The notes under the pieces were generated by a model. That model saw only the letters and a list, made by a program, of their open reading frames with translations. It ran no database searches and had not been told where the DNA came from. Of a DNA stretch of 48,069 nt, positions 17,870 through 25,641 are shown piece after piece. The position numbers were made by a program, and so were the translations under genes. Source of the DNA: an uncultured bacterium (GTDB taxonomy: Bacteria > Omnitrophota > Omnitrophia > Omnitrophales > Aquincolibacteriaceae); NCBI GenBank assembly GCA_964524195.1, contig CAZGCC010000002.1, forward strand, positions 1 through 48,069. Reading direction: 5' to 3'. Every line of letters starts with the position of its first letter. The first letter of the stretch is position 1.

Positions 17870-18067
17870 ATTCTTAAGATCGCCCGAACGATCTCGGACC
17901 TTGCCGGCTGCGAGCAGATCCAGTCCGAACATATTGCGGTCCCAATACTTATCAATTTCAGCTTCACTGAAATTGGGGCTGCCCTCGTCACCACTAGTGA
18001 AACGAAATTAAAGACGAGGGCGAAGGCGATTCAGTATTGGAGTCTGGATAGGCAGCGTCGGGGATAG
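17870..18067 (+). pseudogene. Second remnant of the ComM/YifB C-terminus, interrupted by R3
   Basis: ILKIARTISDLAGCEQIQSEHIA, then an 84-nt in-frame insert, then KAIQYWSLDRQRRG*. It starts directly after R2. Confidence 0.7.
17939..18022 (+). repeat. Two-hairpin element R3 (84 nt, stop-free in the ComM frame)
   Basis: GTCCCAATACTTATCAATTTCAGCTTCACTGAAATTGGGGCTGCCCTCGTCACCACTAGTGAAACGAAATTAAAGACGAGGGCG. Stems are CAATTTCAG/CTGAAATTG and GCCCTCGTC/GACGAGGGC. Confidence 0.85.
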
Positions 18068-18147
18068 AATAATGGCTCTAAACACAGGGACGGTTCTCAA
18101 TAACCCGTGCGGTAGCAATCAATTAAAGAAGTTTCGGCCCTGGGGTT

Positions 18148-18501
18148 TTATGATTTATCCTTTTTTTGCCGAGGCAGTTCCCCTTTAAAGTTAATTCCAC
18201 AATGAAAACAGGTATCTCGGAAAAAAACCAATCCTCCTAGCCGCCAGCGAAAAGGATAAAAATACTCGGAACAGTGTGGGCACTCCACAAAGCAAGGCGC
18301 CCATGCCGCTATTATTAGCAAAAGACACAGTAGAAAAGAACCAGCGGTTAGCTTTAACTGAAAAAAGCTACCTCCTATTACTATAATTGAGAGAATCGCA
18401 GCCCCACAGATGAGCGGGACAAACCGCAACCACGATAACCGTTTAAGCGCTTTCAAGACATCAGGACTGTGTGTTTTTATCGGTTCTGTATTCATCCCCA
18501 C
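18148..18501 (-). CDS. Small membrane protein with a C-terminal CxxC...CxxC zinc-ribbon-like motif, hypothetical
   Basis: Two TM segments, then ECPHCSEYF...DTCFHCGINF. Confidence 0.55.
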   Translation of the reverse strand: MGMNTEPIKTHSPDVLKALKRLSWLRFVPLICGAAILSIIVIGGSFFQLKLTAGSFLLCLLLIIAAWAPCFVECPHCSEYFYPFRWRLGGLVFFRDTCFHCGINFKGELPRQKKDKS

Positions 18502-18537
18502 AACCCCCTTTTCTTTTTTCTGGTTTCCTTCTGCGGT

Positions 18538-19311
18538 TTAAGAAATTAAACCTTTTTTTTCCAATCTTTTAGTATAAACACAAACAGCCAACAGCATCCC
18601 CCATGAGATCAACATGCCAATAGGCCTTCCGATTGTCGTGCCTGCGCCAAAAGTTTGGAATGAACCTTTGCCAACAATGTTCCATAAAACTGTCCATGTC
18701 CCCACAACGAGGCTGGCCATAAAAAAATAATATGCCCGTTTGCGAAGATAAAAAAACAATACAGCGCCTATCAAAGCGGTTAGCCAGCTAATGGTCGACA
18801 AGCTCCAATCTGTAAATGTCAAACTCTCAAAGAATGCTTTTTGTACCGGTGGAAGCGGAATCTCGCCTAAAAAGGCCAGCTGGAAAAAAGTCAACGAAGA
18901 AATGGCTGAAAAAAAATAGTATATCGAAATAATCCAAACCCATCCCGGGCGTCTTGTGTTTTCTGCGCCCTTGTTTCTTTTGAACTGTTCTTTAACTTTG
19001 GAGTTATTGAAATAGAACATGACGAAAATAAATCCTGCGATTAAAGGCAACTCTGCCAATAAAGCGTTATGACGCATCAATGCTTTTATGAATATAAAAT
19101 TCAGGAGTAACATGCCCGAGATCGAAACAAAAGCTAAAGTCCTGGCCCACTCTTTAAGAAACAATAGACCGACCCCAGAAATGAGCAACAACGCATACAA
19201 CGCGATCCTGTACCATCTATGAATAATCAAGGCTTCGGGGGCAAGAAACAAAACGCTTAATAAAATAAAGATGCCGCCAAGAACTCTTATCACCATTGCA
19301 TGTTTGTTCAT
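18538..19311 (-). CDS. Polytopic membrane protein that looks like two fused cassette modules, hypothetical
   Basis: Start taken at MNKHAMV (ATG 19311, G-rich SD upstream). The first module ends at NSKVKEQFK, homologous to the C-terminus of the 155-aa protein. A second 4-TM module follows. Confidence 0.55.
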   Translation of the reverse strand: MNKHAMVIRVLGGIFILLSVLFLAPEALIIHRWYRIALYALLLISGVGLLFLKEWARTLAFVSISGMLLLNFIFIKALMRHNALLAELPLIAGFIFVMFYFNNSKVKEQFKRNKGAENTRRPGWVWIISIYYFFSAISSLTFFQLAFLGEIPLPPVQKAFFESLTFTDWSLSTISWLTALIGAVLFFYLRKRAYYFFMASLVVGTWTVLWNIVGKGSFQTFGAGTTIGRPIGMLISWGMLLAVCVYTKRLEKKGLIS

Positions 19312-19453
19312 TTTTATACCCCCCTGCTCGTCACATTCCCTAATTACCCCATCCCCATGTCTTCCGCTTTGGAAAACCGCCTCGGATTTCAACAGCCCTC
19401 TTTCGCAGCATTTTTTAGCTGCTTCCTCTGGTTTCCCATTCCTCAAAACAAAC

Positions 19454-20020
19454 TCAAGAGACCTTGTAAACCTCATCGCCTTTCACAACCCTTTGCCTGG
19501 CATTCTCATCAATGATGCCGGAAGCAGAGAATTTTTGATAAATCTTCTCGACCTTGACCGTGGCAATATCTTCACCGCCTCGAACAACTTTGAGCCTGTC
19601 CCCGACCTGAACTCCATCCTGAAGCCCAGCATTAACCACCAAGAAATTAAATTCACGGTCTACACTTACCACTTTGTAAGCCAAGGCGCTCATCGCCCCC
19701 GAACCTGATAAATTCTCTTCCTGCAAAGAAGTCTGGACCGCTTTTGTGATGGAGTGCTGAGCATTCAATCGATAGCCTATCCATCCCACGGCCAGTGAAA
19801 GAACCAAAACCACAAGAACTCGCCGCCAACCAGGCTTACCATTCCCCGGCTTATTCTTTATCTCATGAGTGGGTGAAAAAATTGCGCGGGTTGGCTGAGA
19901 AACAGGATCCTCGCTTTTCTCTCTTGTTTCAGGATCATGGCTGACTACAAATTCTCCGCAGAATCGACACTTAACAGCTTCTTCCTGGATCTCTTCCGCG
20001 CAAAAAGGACATTTCTTCAT
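19454..20020 (-). CDS. Zinc-ribbon / single-TM protein with a C-terminal beta-rich domain, hypothetical
   Basis: MKKCPFCAEEIQEEAVKCRFCGE zinc ribbon. TM segment WRRVLVVLVLSLAVGWIGY. The C-terminal domain has the GDRLKVVRGG...VKGDEVYKV pattern. Confidence 0.6.
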   Translation of the reverse strand: MKKCPFCAEEIQEEAVKCRFCGEFVVSHDPETREKSEDPVSQPTRAIFSPTHEIKNKPGNGKPGWRRVLVVLVLSLAVGWIGYRLNAQHSITKAVQTSLQEENLSGSGAMSALAYKVVSVDREFNFLVVNAGLQDGVQVGDRLKVVRGGEDIATVKVEKIYQKFSASGIIDENARQRVVKGDEVYKVS

Positions 20021-20102
20021 TCTCGCACCCCCTTCCCGTTCATTTGACCTTATTTCCCGAATTCACAAATAACTCCTGGCGCCTCGCATCCGAGAGTGCC
20101 CC

Positions 20103-20720
20103 TCAAAATTTGATCCCCAGCTTGTGGAGATCTTTGATGAGCCGTTCGCGGGTCTTGAAGCGGATGGCATGCATGCCGGCTTTGCGGGCGCCGGTGATAA
20201 ATTTTTTCATATCGTCGATAAAGACGGTTTCTTCGGGCCGAAGACCGATCTTCTTCAAAACACGGCGGTAGATCCTGAGGTCTGGCTTGCGCGCCCCCAC
20301 TTCGTGGGACGGGAACCGTTTTTTGAAATGACGCAAAATCCCGAAATGCTTTTTGATATAGGAAAAATGAAGGTCGTTGGTGTTCGAAATAAGATAGAGA
20401 GGATAACGCTTCTTGATCCGTTTGAGGAGTCGATCCATTCCGGGATTCTCCCAAAAGATATCATTCCAGTAATGCTTGAAGGTCTCATAGGGGATGGGGT
20501 TTTTGAAAACACTGGAAGCCGCCCGGTAAAATTCCAGAGTGGAGATCTCGCCGCGGGTATAGGCCTGTTCGAATCTGGAAAGAAAGAAATGCGCCCAGAT
20601 CCGTATTTGGGAGATCCCGCCGGCTTCGGAGAAACGGCGCGCGGCGCGCTTGACATCATAATTGATAAGCACATTGCCGAGATCGAAGATGACGGCTTTG
20701 ATATCATGGATTTTTTTCAT
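20103..20720 (-). CDS. HAD-superfamily hydrolase (subfamily IA)
   Basis: The N-terminal VIFDLGNVL motif I and the downstream SNT and DD motifs are typical of HAD phosphatases. Confidence 0.75.
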   Translation of the reverse strand: MKKIHDIKAVIFDLGNVLINYDVKRAARRFSEAGGISQIRIWAHFFLSRFEQAYTRGEISTLEFYRAASSVFKNPIPYETFKHYWNDIFWENPGMDRLLKRIKKRYPLYLISNTNDLHFSYIKKHFGILRHFKKRFPSHEVGARKPDLRIYRRVLKKIGLRPEETVFIDDMKKFITGARKAGMHAIRFKTRERLIKDLHKLGIKF

Positions 20721-20750
20721 AAGACGAGCATTCTAGCACATCCAAAATTC

Positions 20751-21899
20751 TCATCCAACCCACTTGCAAAACTGGCTCGTGATGAGCCCCAAGTAGGTCC
20801 CCATCACATTCCCCAGAACCCCCAAAAGCAGGCCCACCGGCGCAAGCGCGGGTTCGTAGGCTGTTGCAACGATCGGCGCCGAGGCCGGGCCGCCGATATT
20901 CGCCTGGCTCGCGGTCGCGACAAGGCAAAGCGGAATGCGAGCCATGCGGGACACCGTCAGAAGAAAAACTGCGTGGATAAGCACTAACGCGAATCCCGCG
21001 ACGATCAGGATTGGCGCGGACAAGATCCCTGAAAGACTCGCGCGCGCGCCGATCGAGGTTAATACCAGAAAAAGGAAAAGATATCCCATTCTCGATGCCC
21101 CATGACCCGCAAGCTTTCTGAGAGCCGTGAAGGAAAGGAGCAAGCCCAGCACGGAGGCAAAAATGATCGTCCAAACGAATGATCCCCCTCCGGCGAAGTC
21201 TGCCAACCGGTTCGAGATCCAGGCGCCGCCGAACCCTACGGCAAAAATGAGCGGGAGATACTGAAAGCTGAATTTCCGGGGATCCTCGCCGGCCCCGGGG
21301 GTCTGCCGGACCAGATCTTCGATGACACGAAGATCGGAATGATTCCACTTGTCATAAGTTTTCTGAAAACCCTCCAGAAGGATCAAAAAACCCATCCAGG
21401 AATAAGCCACAACGGTATCCACCACGATCATGGGGAAAAAGACCGCATCCGGCGTATGGATCGCTTCCTTGACCGCGACCATATTGGCACTCCCCCCGAT
21501 CCAGGAAGCTGAAAGCGCGCCGAATCCCGACCATGCATCCGCAGAAAGCCACGGTTTAAAGAGAATCACAACAAGCGGCGCGCCAACCATGATCCCCGCC
21601 GTTCCGGCGAACATGATGAGAAGCGCGGGCCTGCCCAGCTTGAGGATCGCTTTGATATCGGTCGTGATCAAAAGCAGGATCAGTCCCGCGGGAAGGACCG
21701 AAGTAGTGATCTTCGAATAGACCGCAGCCTGCTGAGGGATGATCCCGAGCCCGGAAACGGCCATGGGGATAAAATAGATCCAGAAAAGCGGCGGCGGGAA
21801 CTTAAAAAAAATCCGGGTTTTGGAATTTTCAGAAAAGAAAACGATCCCCGCAACGATAAGGGTTAGAACACACAAAATACCGACAGGATGCTGGATCAT
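20751..21899 (-). CDS. Polytopic membrane protein (DUF819-like putative transporter)
   Basis: A 382-aa protein with about 10 or more TM segments. It overlaps the upstream dipeptide epimerase gene by 4 nt. The DUF819 assignment is from memory of that family and its association with epimerases. Confidence 0.5.
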   Translation of the reverse strand: MIQHPVGILCVLTLIVAGIVFFSENSKTRIFFKFPPPLFWIYFIPMAVSGLGIIPQQAAVYSKITTSVLPAGLILLLITTDIKAILKLGRPALLIMFAGTAGIMVGAPLVVILFKPWLSADAWSGFGALSASWIGGSANMVAVKEAIHTPDAVFFPMIVVDTVVAYSWMGFLILLEGFQKTYDKWNHSDLRVIEDLVRQTPGAGEDPRKFSFQYLPLIFAVGFGGAWISNRLADFAGGGSFVWTIIFASVLGLLLSFTALRKLAGHGASRMGYLFLFLVLTSIGARASLSGILSAPILIVAGFALVLIHAVFLLTVSRMARIPLCLVATASQANIGGPASAPIVATAYEPALAPVGLLLGVLGNVMGTYLGLITSQFCKWVG

Positions 21900-23005
21900 A
21901 CCTTCCTTTCTAAAAAAAGGTGACAGTCACTTTTTTGGGGTACGATACCGATCCCCGCCTTAACTCCTCGAAGATCATAAATACCGGATCGCGTCACGAA
22001 GTTGCCGCGCGTTATGTTCGCTGCCATAAAAAAAGGCGCGTCCAGATCGATAAAATCAAACCCTCCGAGCCCCGCAGCGAGATGCGCGGCCGCTGTCACG
22101 GCCAAAGGAGTTTCTATCATCGTCCCGATCATCAGCCGGATCCTGTTCCGCTTCGCAAGACAAGCGATCTCATAGGCCTCAAGAACGCCGGTCTTCATGA
22201 ATTTGATATTGATCGCGCCAGCCGCTTTGGCCTTGATGAGCCGTTTGGCGTCCTGAAGCGATGAAACGCTTTCATCCGCGCAAACAAGCACCTTGCTTTC
22301 GCGCGTCACTTTCGCAAGCCCTTCCCAATCCTCCTTCGGCACCGGCTGTTCGATGAGCGCGGGGCGGATATTAAGCCGGGTCAGCTCCTTCAGGAATTTG
22401 AGCGTCTGAACGGCCGTGAATCCCTGATTGGCATCCAGAAAAAGAGGACGACTCTTCGCGATCTTCGAGATCGCGACAACTCTTTGAAGATCCAGACCGA
22501 AATCCCGTCCGATCTTCACTTTAAAAGACCGGATCCCGCGCTTCAAGATATCCCGCGCCGCCAGTTCCGCGGCGGCGACGGCTCCTAGCACCACGGTCAT
22601 ATCGCTTTGAAGTTTCCGGGGACGGACGCCGAAAGCCCGCCAAAGCGGCATCTTTTTTTGCCGCGTCAAGGCATCGAGAAGCGCCATCTCCACCGCCGCG
22701 AGCGCGCACCGGTTCCTCGGGCATTGATCTTTAAAATGTTCCGCGAGCGCCGGAAATTCCGAGAAACTTCGCCCCACGACCTGGCGAGCCGCCTCTTTCA
22801 GATTTTTAAGCGTTTCCTCAAGGGTCTCTCCTGTGATGTGCGTTGCGATCGCGGCTTCTCCGAACCCGCAGATCCCGTTTGAAAGAGTCACAGAGAACAG
22901 GACATTCTCGAGAAGGTCATGTTGGCCTTTGGCTGTGCTGAAAGGAACCCGCAGCTTCGCGTGCCAGATCTTCGCCTCTGCTTTTTGAATGATCACGGAT
23001 CTCAA
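21896..23005 (-). CDS. Enolase-superfamily dipeptide epimerase (L-Ala-D/L-Glu epimerase-like)
   Basis: Catalytic pattern FKVKIG, LDANQG, IEQPV, CADES and INIKFMKTG, as in the muconate lactonizing enzyme subgroup. Confidence 0.75.
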   Translation of the reverse strand: MRSVIIQKAEAKIWHAKLRVPFSTAKGQHDLLENVLFSVTLSNGICGFGEAAIATHITGETLEETLKNLKEAARQVVGRSFSEFPALAEHFKDQCPRNRCALAAVEMALLDALTRQKKMPLWRAFGVRPRKLQSDMTVVLGAVAAAELAARDILKRGIRSFKVKIGRDFGLDLQRVVAISKIAKSRPLFLDANQGFTAVQTLKFLKELTRLNIRPALIEQPVPKEDWEGLAKVTRESKVLVCADESVSSLQDAKRLIKAKAAGAINIKFMKTGVLEAYEIACLAKRNRIRLMIGTMIETPLAVTAAAHLAAGLGGFDFIDLDAPFFMAANITRGNFVTRSGIYDLRGVKAGIGIVPQKSDCHLFLERKV

Positions 23006-23095
23006 GGTCTTTCCTCAGGGGGTTTTAACTAGTCTTCGTTTTTTCTTCGGGTTATACTACCGCAAATCTAACTCCAATTCGACAGGAAGAACAGG

Positions 23096-23869
23096 ATGAG
23101 CGCGATCTCTTTAAAATCCATCAAAGTTCAGCTCAATCTATTCCTGGCCGCCTTTGCGGTCTTCCTTTACCTGAAAGACCCCCGTCCTGATTTTTTTTCC
23201 TGGATTATCTGGACTGTCCTTTTTTCGACATTGTTCGAGGGATCGATCCGTTTTTTCGAGACCAAGAAATTCCAGATCACCGCGAGCGCCCTGACCTCCG
23301 GCCTGATCCTCGGATTGGTCCTTTCCCCGGGATCTTCCTGGTGGCTGTTCCCGGCCGCAGCCGGGCTCACGATAGGGCTTAAATATGCGCTGCGATCCCA
23401 TGGCAAGAATCTGATGAACCCCGCCGCCCTCGGGATCTTCCTGACGACGCTGTTCCTTAAGGGATACACGGCATGGCAAGGAGCTTATGCCTGGTACATT
23501 CTCATCCCCGCCGGTCTTTATATTGTTTTCAAGATCCGAAAAATGGAGATCATCCTCGGATATTTCGCCGTGTCATTGCTCCTTTTTATCCCCCAGGCTC
23601 TCGCACAGGGCACTTCGCTCCTGAATGTCCCCGGCTATTTTAATTATTTCTTCATCTTTATCATGTTGATCGAACCCAAGACCACCCCTGCCGCAAAGAT
23701 CCCCAAGATCGTGTTCGGGGCGGGCGTCGCACTTCTGGTTTTTGGGCTGACCGAATGGGGCTTCAGGTATGAGCCTGAGCTCTTTGCCCTGCTGGTTCTT
23801 AACGCTTCGGTTCCCCTTCTCAACAAAATCCCGAATTTCAAATTCTCCAACCCGGAAAAAATCGCTTGA
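23096..23869 (+). CDS. Polytopic membrane protein, hypothetical (weak RnfD/NqrB-like motif)
   Basis: About 8 TM segments. The motif LMNPAALGIFL resembles the NQR2/RnfD family, but the protein is much shorter. Confidence 0.4.
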   Translation: MSAISLKSIKVQLNLFLAAFAVFLYLKDPRPDFFSWIIWTVLFSTLFEGSIRFFETKKFQITASALTSGLILGLVLSPGSSWWLFPAAAGLTIGLKYALRSHGKNLMNPAALGIFLTTLFLKGYTAWQGAYAWYILIPAGLYIVFKIRKMEIILGYFAVSLLLFIPQALAQGTSLLNVPGYFNYFFIFIMLIEPKTTPAAKIPKIVFGAGVALLVFGLTEWGFRYEPELFALLVLNASVPLLNKIPNFKFSNPEKIA

Positions 23870-24009
23870 AAGGAACTTGCTTCGTTAGAGATTGCCAGAT
23901 ACAGTTTTTTTGATTATGTTATCTCGAACGGACAAAGTTGAATTTTAAAAAATCGCCACAAACTCACGAAAGCGTCAAAAGGTGCTTTCTATCTCTAACG
24001 GGGTAACCC

Positions 24010-24351
24010 ATGAAAAAAATGATCCTGATCCTCTGCGGCCTTTTGATTGCAAACGCTACCGCCTTCGCGCACCCACCCTCCGATATCAAGATCCAGTTCG
24101 ATGAAAAAACAAAGACCCTGACCGCGATCATCACGCATCGCGTCAGCAATCCCGGGACCCATTACATTAATAAAATCGACATTGGATTGAACGGAAAAGA
24201 GATCAAAATGTTGCCTCTCAAGCAACAAGAGAATAGCGTTGCCCAAACTATGCAGATCGAGATCCCCGAAGCGAAAAAGGGCGACACCTTGAGCGTCGAA
24301 GGTTATTGCAATTTGAGCGGAAAACTGGAAAAAGAGATCAGAGTCGGTTAG
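24010..24351 (+). CDS. Small secreted protein, hypothetical
   Basis: Signal peptide MKKMILILCGLLIANATAFA. The mature part has HPP...H...HYI histidines (a possible metal site). I assign no family. Confidence 0.55.
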   Translation: MKKMILILCGLLIANATAFAHPPSDIKIQFDEKTKTLTAIITHRVSNPGTHYINKIDIGLNGKEIKMLPLKQQENSVAQTMQIEIPEAKKGDTLSVEGYCNLSGKLEKEIRVG

Positions 24352-24353
24352 CC

Positions 24354-25631
24354 ATGAAGATATCCCCTTTAAAAGGCAAACCCAATTCTCCATCAAAAAA
24401 TTTAAAGGTTAATTGGACTAGCCCTGGCAACCTTCTACTAGAAGAAAATAGATGCCAGGGCAAGGCAGTCATCGGGCAGTCGGGCGGATGTACGGCGGTC
24501 ATTAACCAAAGCCTTGCGGGAGCGGTGGCCGCAGCCCGCGCCTCAAAGCAGATCACCGGGATCCTTGGCGCCCGGCATGGCATCGAAGGCATTCTGAGCG
24601 GTTCTTTTGTAAATCTATCAAAAAAGCCCGCGAAACTCATCCGCGCGATCGCAAACTCTCCCTCCGCGGCGCTCGGTTCTTCGCGCTACAAACTCAAGCC
24701 TGGAGACGGCCCCAAAGTTATCGCGAGTTTGAAAAAAAATTCGGTCCGTTTCGTATTCCTGATCGGCGGGAATGACACCGCGAACACAAGCCTTCAGATC
24801 GCGAAAGCCGCAAAGGAAGCGGATTATGAACTTCGCGTCATTCATATCCCCAAAACGATCGATAACGATCTCATGGAAACCGACCACTGCCCCGGCTATG
24901 GCTCTGTCGCGCGATTTGCAGCTGTCACCACACAGGAAGCCGCACTCGATACAAAGTCCATGAAACGAGTGGATCCGGTAAAGATCATCGAGCTCATGGG
25001 AAGAAATTCTGGCTGGATCGTCGCCGCTTCGGCACTTCTTAAAAAAGGTCCTCAAGACGCACCGCACATTCTCCTCATCCCGGAAGTCCCGTTTGATGAG
25101 ACCGCTTTCGTAAAAAAAGCCGAGTCCGTTCTGCGAGAGACGGGCTACTGCATTATCGTGATCTCGGAAACGATCCGCGATCATGGAGGGAACCGCATCG
25201 GCCGCAAGACCGAAGGCGTGACGGCGGATCCCTTTGGACACAACTATGTGGAGGGCACCGCCGCCCGGCTTGCCGCGATCCTTGAAAAAAATCTTGGAGT
25301 CCGCGCCCGTTTCGACAAGCCCGGCACGATCCAACGCATGTCGATGCCTTATATCTCAACCACCGATCAAAAAGAAGCCTATCAGGCAGGCGTTCACGCG
25401 GTGAAATGGGCCCTTCAGGGAATGACCAAGATCATGGTGGGATTTAAAAGAAAGCCGGGGAAAAAATACACGATCGACTATCAGCCTGTGCCGCTTGAGA
25501 GGATCCCGAACAACGAACGCTATCTGCCTGCGGAATTTTTTGACAGGAAAAAAGGAATGATCACACCGGCTTTCGTGAAATACGCCTTACCGCTCCTCGG
25601 GAAAAGCTTGCCGCTTTTTTCTTCGCTTTAA
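24354..25631 (+). CDS. 6-phosphofructokinase family enzyme (probably PPi-dependent type), with a 36-aa N-terminal extension encoded by the hairpin repeat
   Basis: GQSGGCTAVINQSL, LIGGNDTANT, PKTIDNDL and ELMGRNSGW motifs. There is no in-frame ATG/GTG/TTG between 24354 and the conserved GQSGG block, so the start at 24354 is inferred. Confidence 0.75.
   Translation: MKISPLKGKPNSPSKNLKVNWTSPGNLLLEENRCQGKAVIGQSGGCTAVINQSLAGAVAAARASKQITGILGARHGIEGILSGSFVNLSKKPAKLIRAIANSPSAALGSSRYKLKPGDGPKVIASLKKNSVRFVFLIGGNDTANTSLQIAKAAKEADYELRVIHIPKTIDNDLMETDHCPGYGSVARFAAVTTQEAALDTKSMKRVDPVKIIELMGRNSGWIVAASALLKKGPQDAPHILLIPEVPFDETAFVKKAESVLRETGYCIIVISETIRDHGGNRIGRKTEGVTADPFGHNYVEGTAARLAAILEKNLGVRARFDKPGTIQRMSMPYISTTDQKEAYQAGVHAVKWALQGMTKIMVGFKRKPGKKYTIDYQPVPLERIPNNERYLPAEFFDRKKGMITPAFVKYALPLLGKSLPLFSSL
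24395..24462 (+). repeat. 68-nt hairpin repeat, copy A (stem GCCCTGGCA/TGCCAGGGC at 24421-24429 and 24453-24461)
   Basis: AAAAAATTTAAAGGTTAATTGGACTAGCCCTGGCAACCTTCTACTAGAAGAAAATAGATGCCAGGGCA is 57/68 identical to the minus-strand copy at 9928..9995. Confidence 0.85.
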
Positions 25632-25641
25632 AAATAATTTT

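Noticed and set aside
17032-18022. R elements as twister or HDV-like self-cleaving ribozymes, or as tRNA-like genes
   Set aside because: GGTCCCAA resembles a stretch found in twister and HDV ribozyme sequences. However, the other invariant blocks, a P1 partner strand, and any acceptor-stem-like pairing of the termini are all missing. Only an Infernal scan could settle this.
16930-18067. ComM remnants as the template/variable repeat pair of a diversity-generating retroelement
   Set aside because: No reverse transcriptase is in the window. The differences between the two copies are mostly synonymous third-position changes of all base types, not adenine-specific.
24421-24440. Sigma-54 promoter suggested by CTGGCAAC in the 68-nt repeat
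   Set aside because: No TTGC/-12 element lies at the required spacing in either copy (A has TACT, and B has AGCC one position off).
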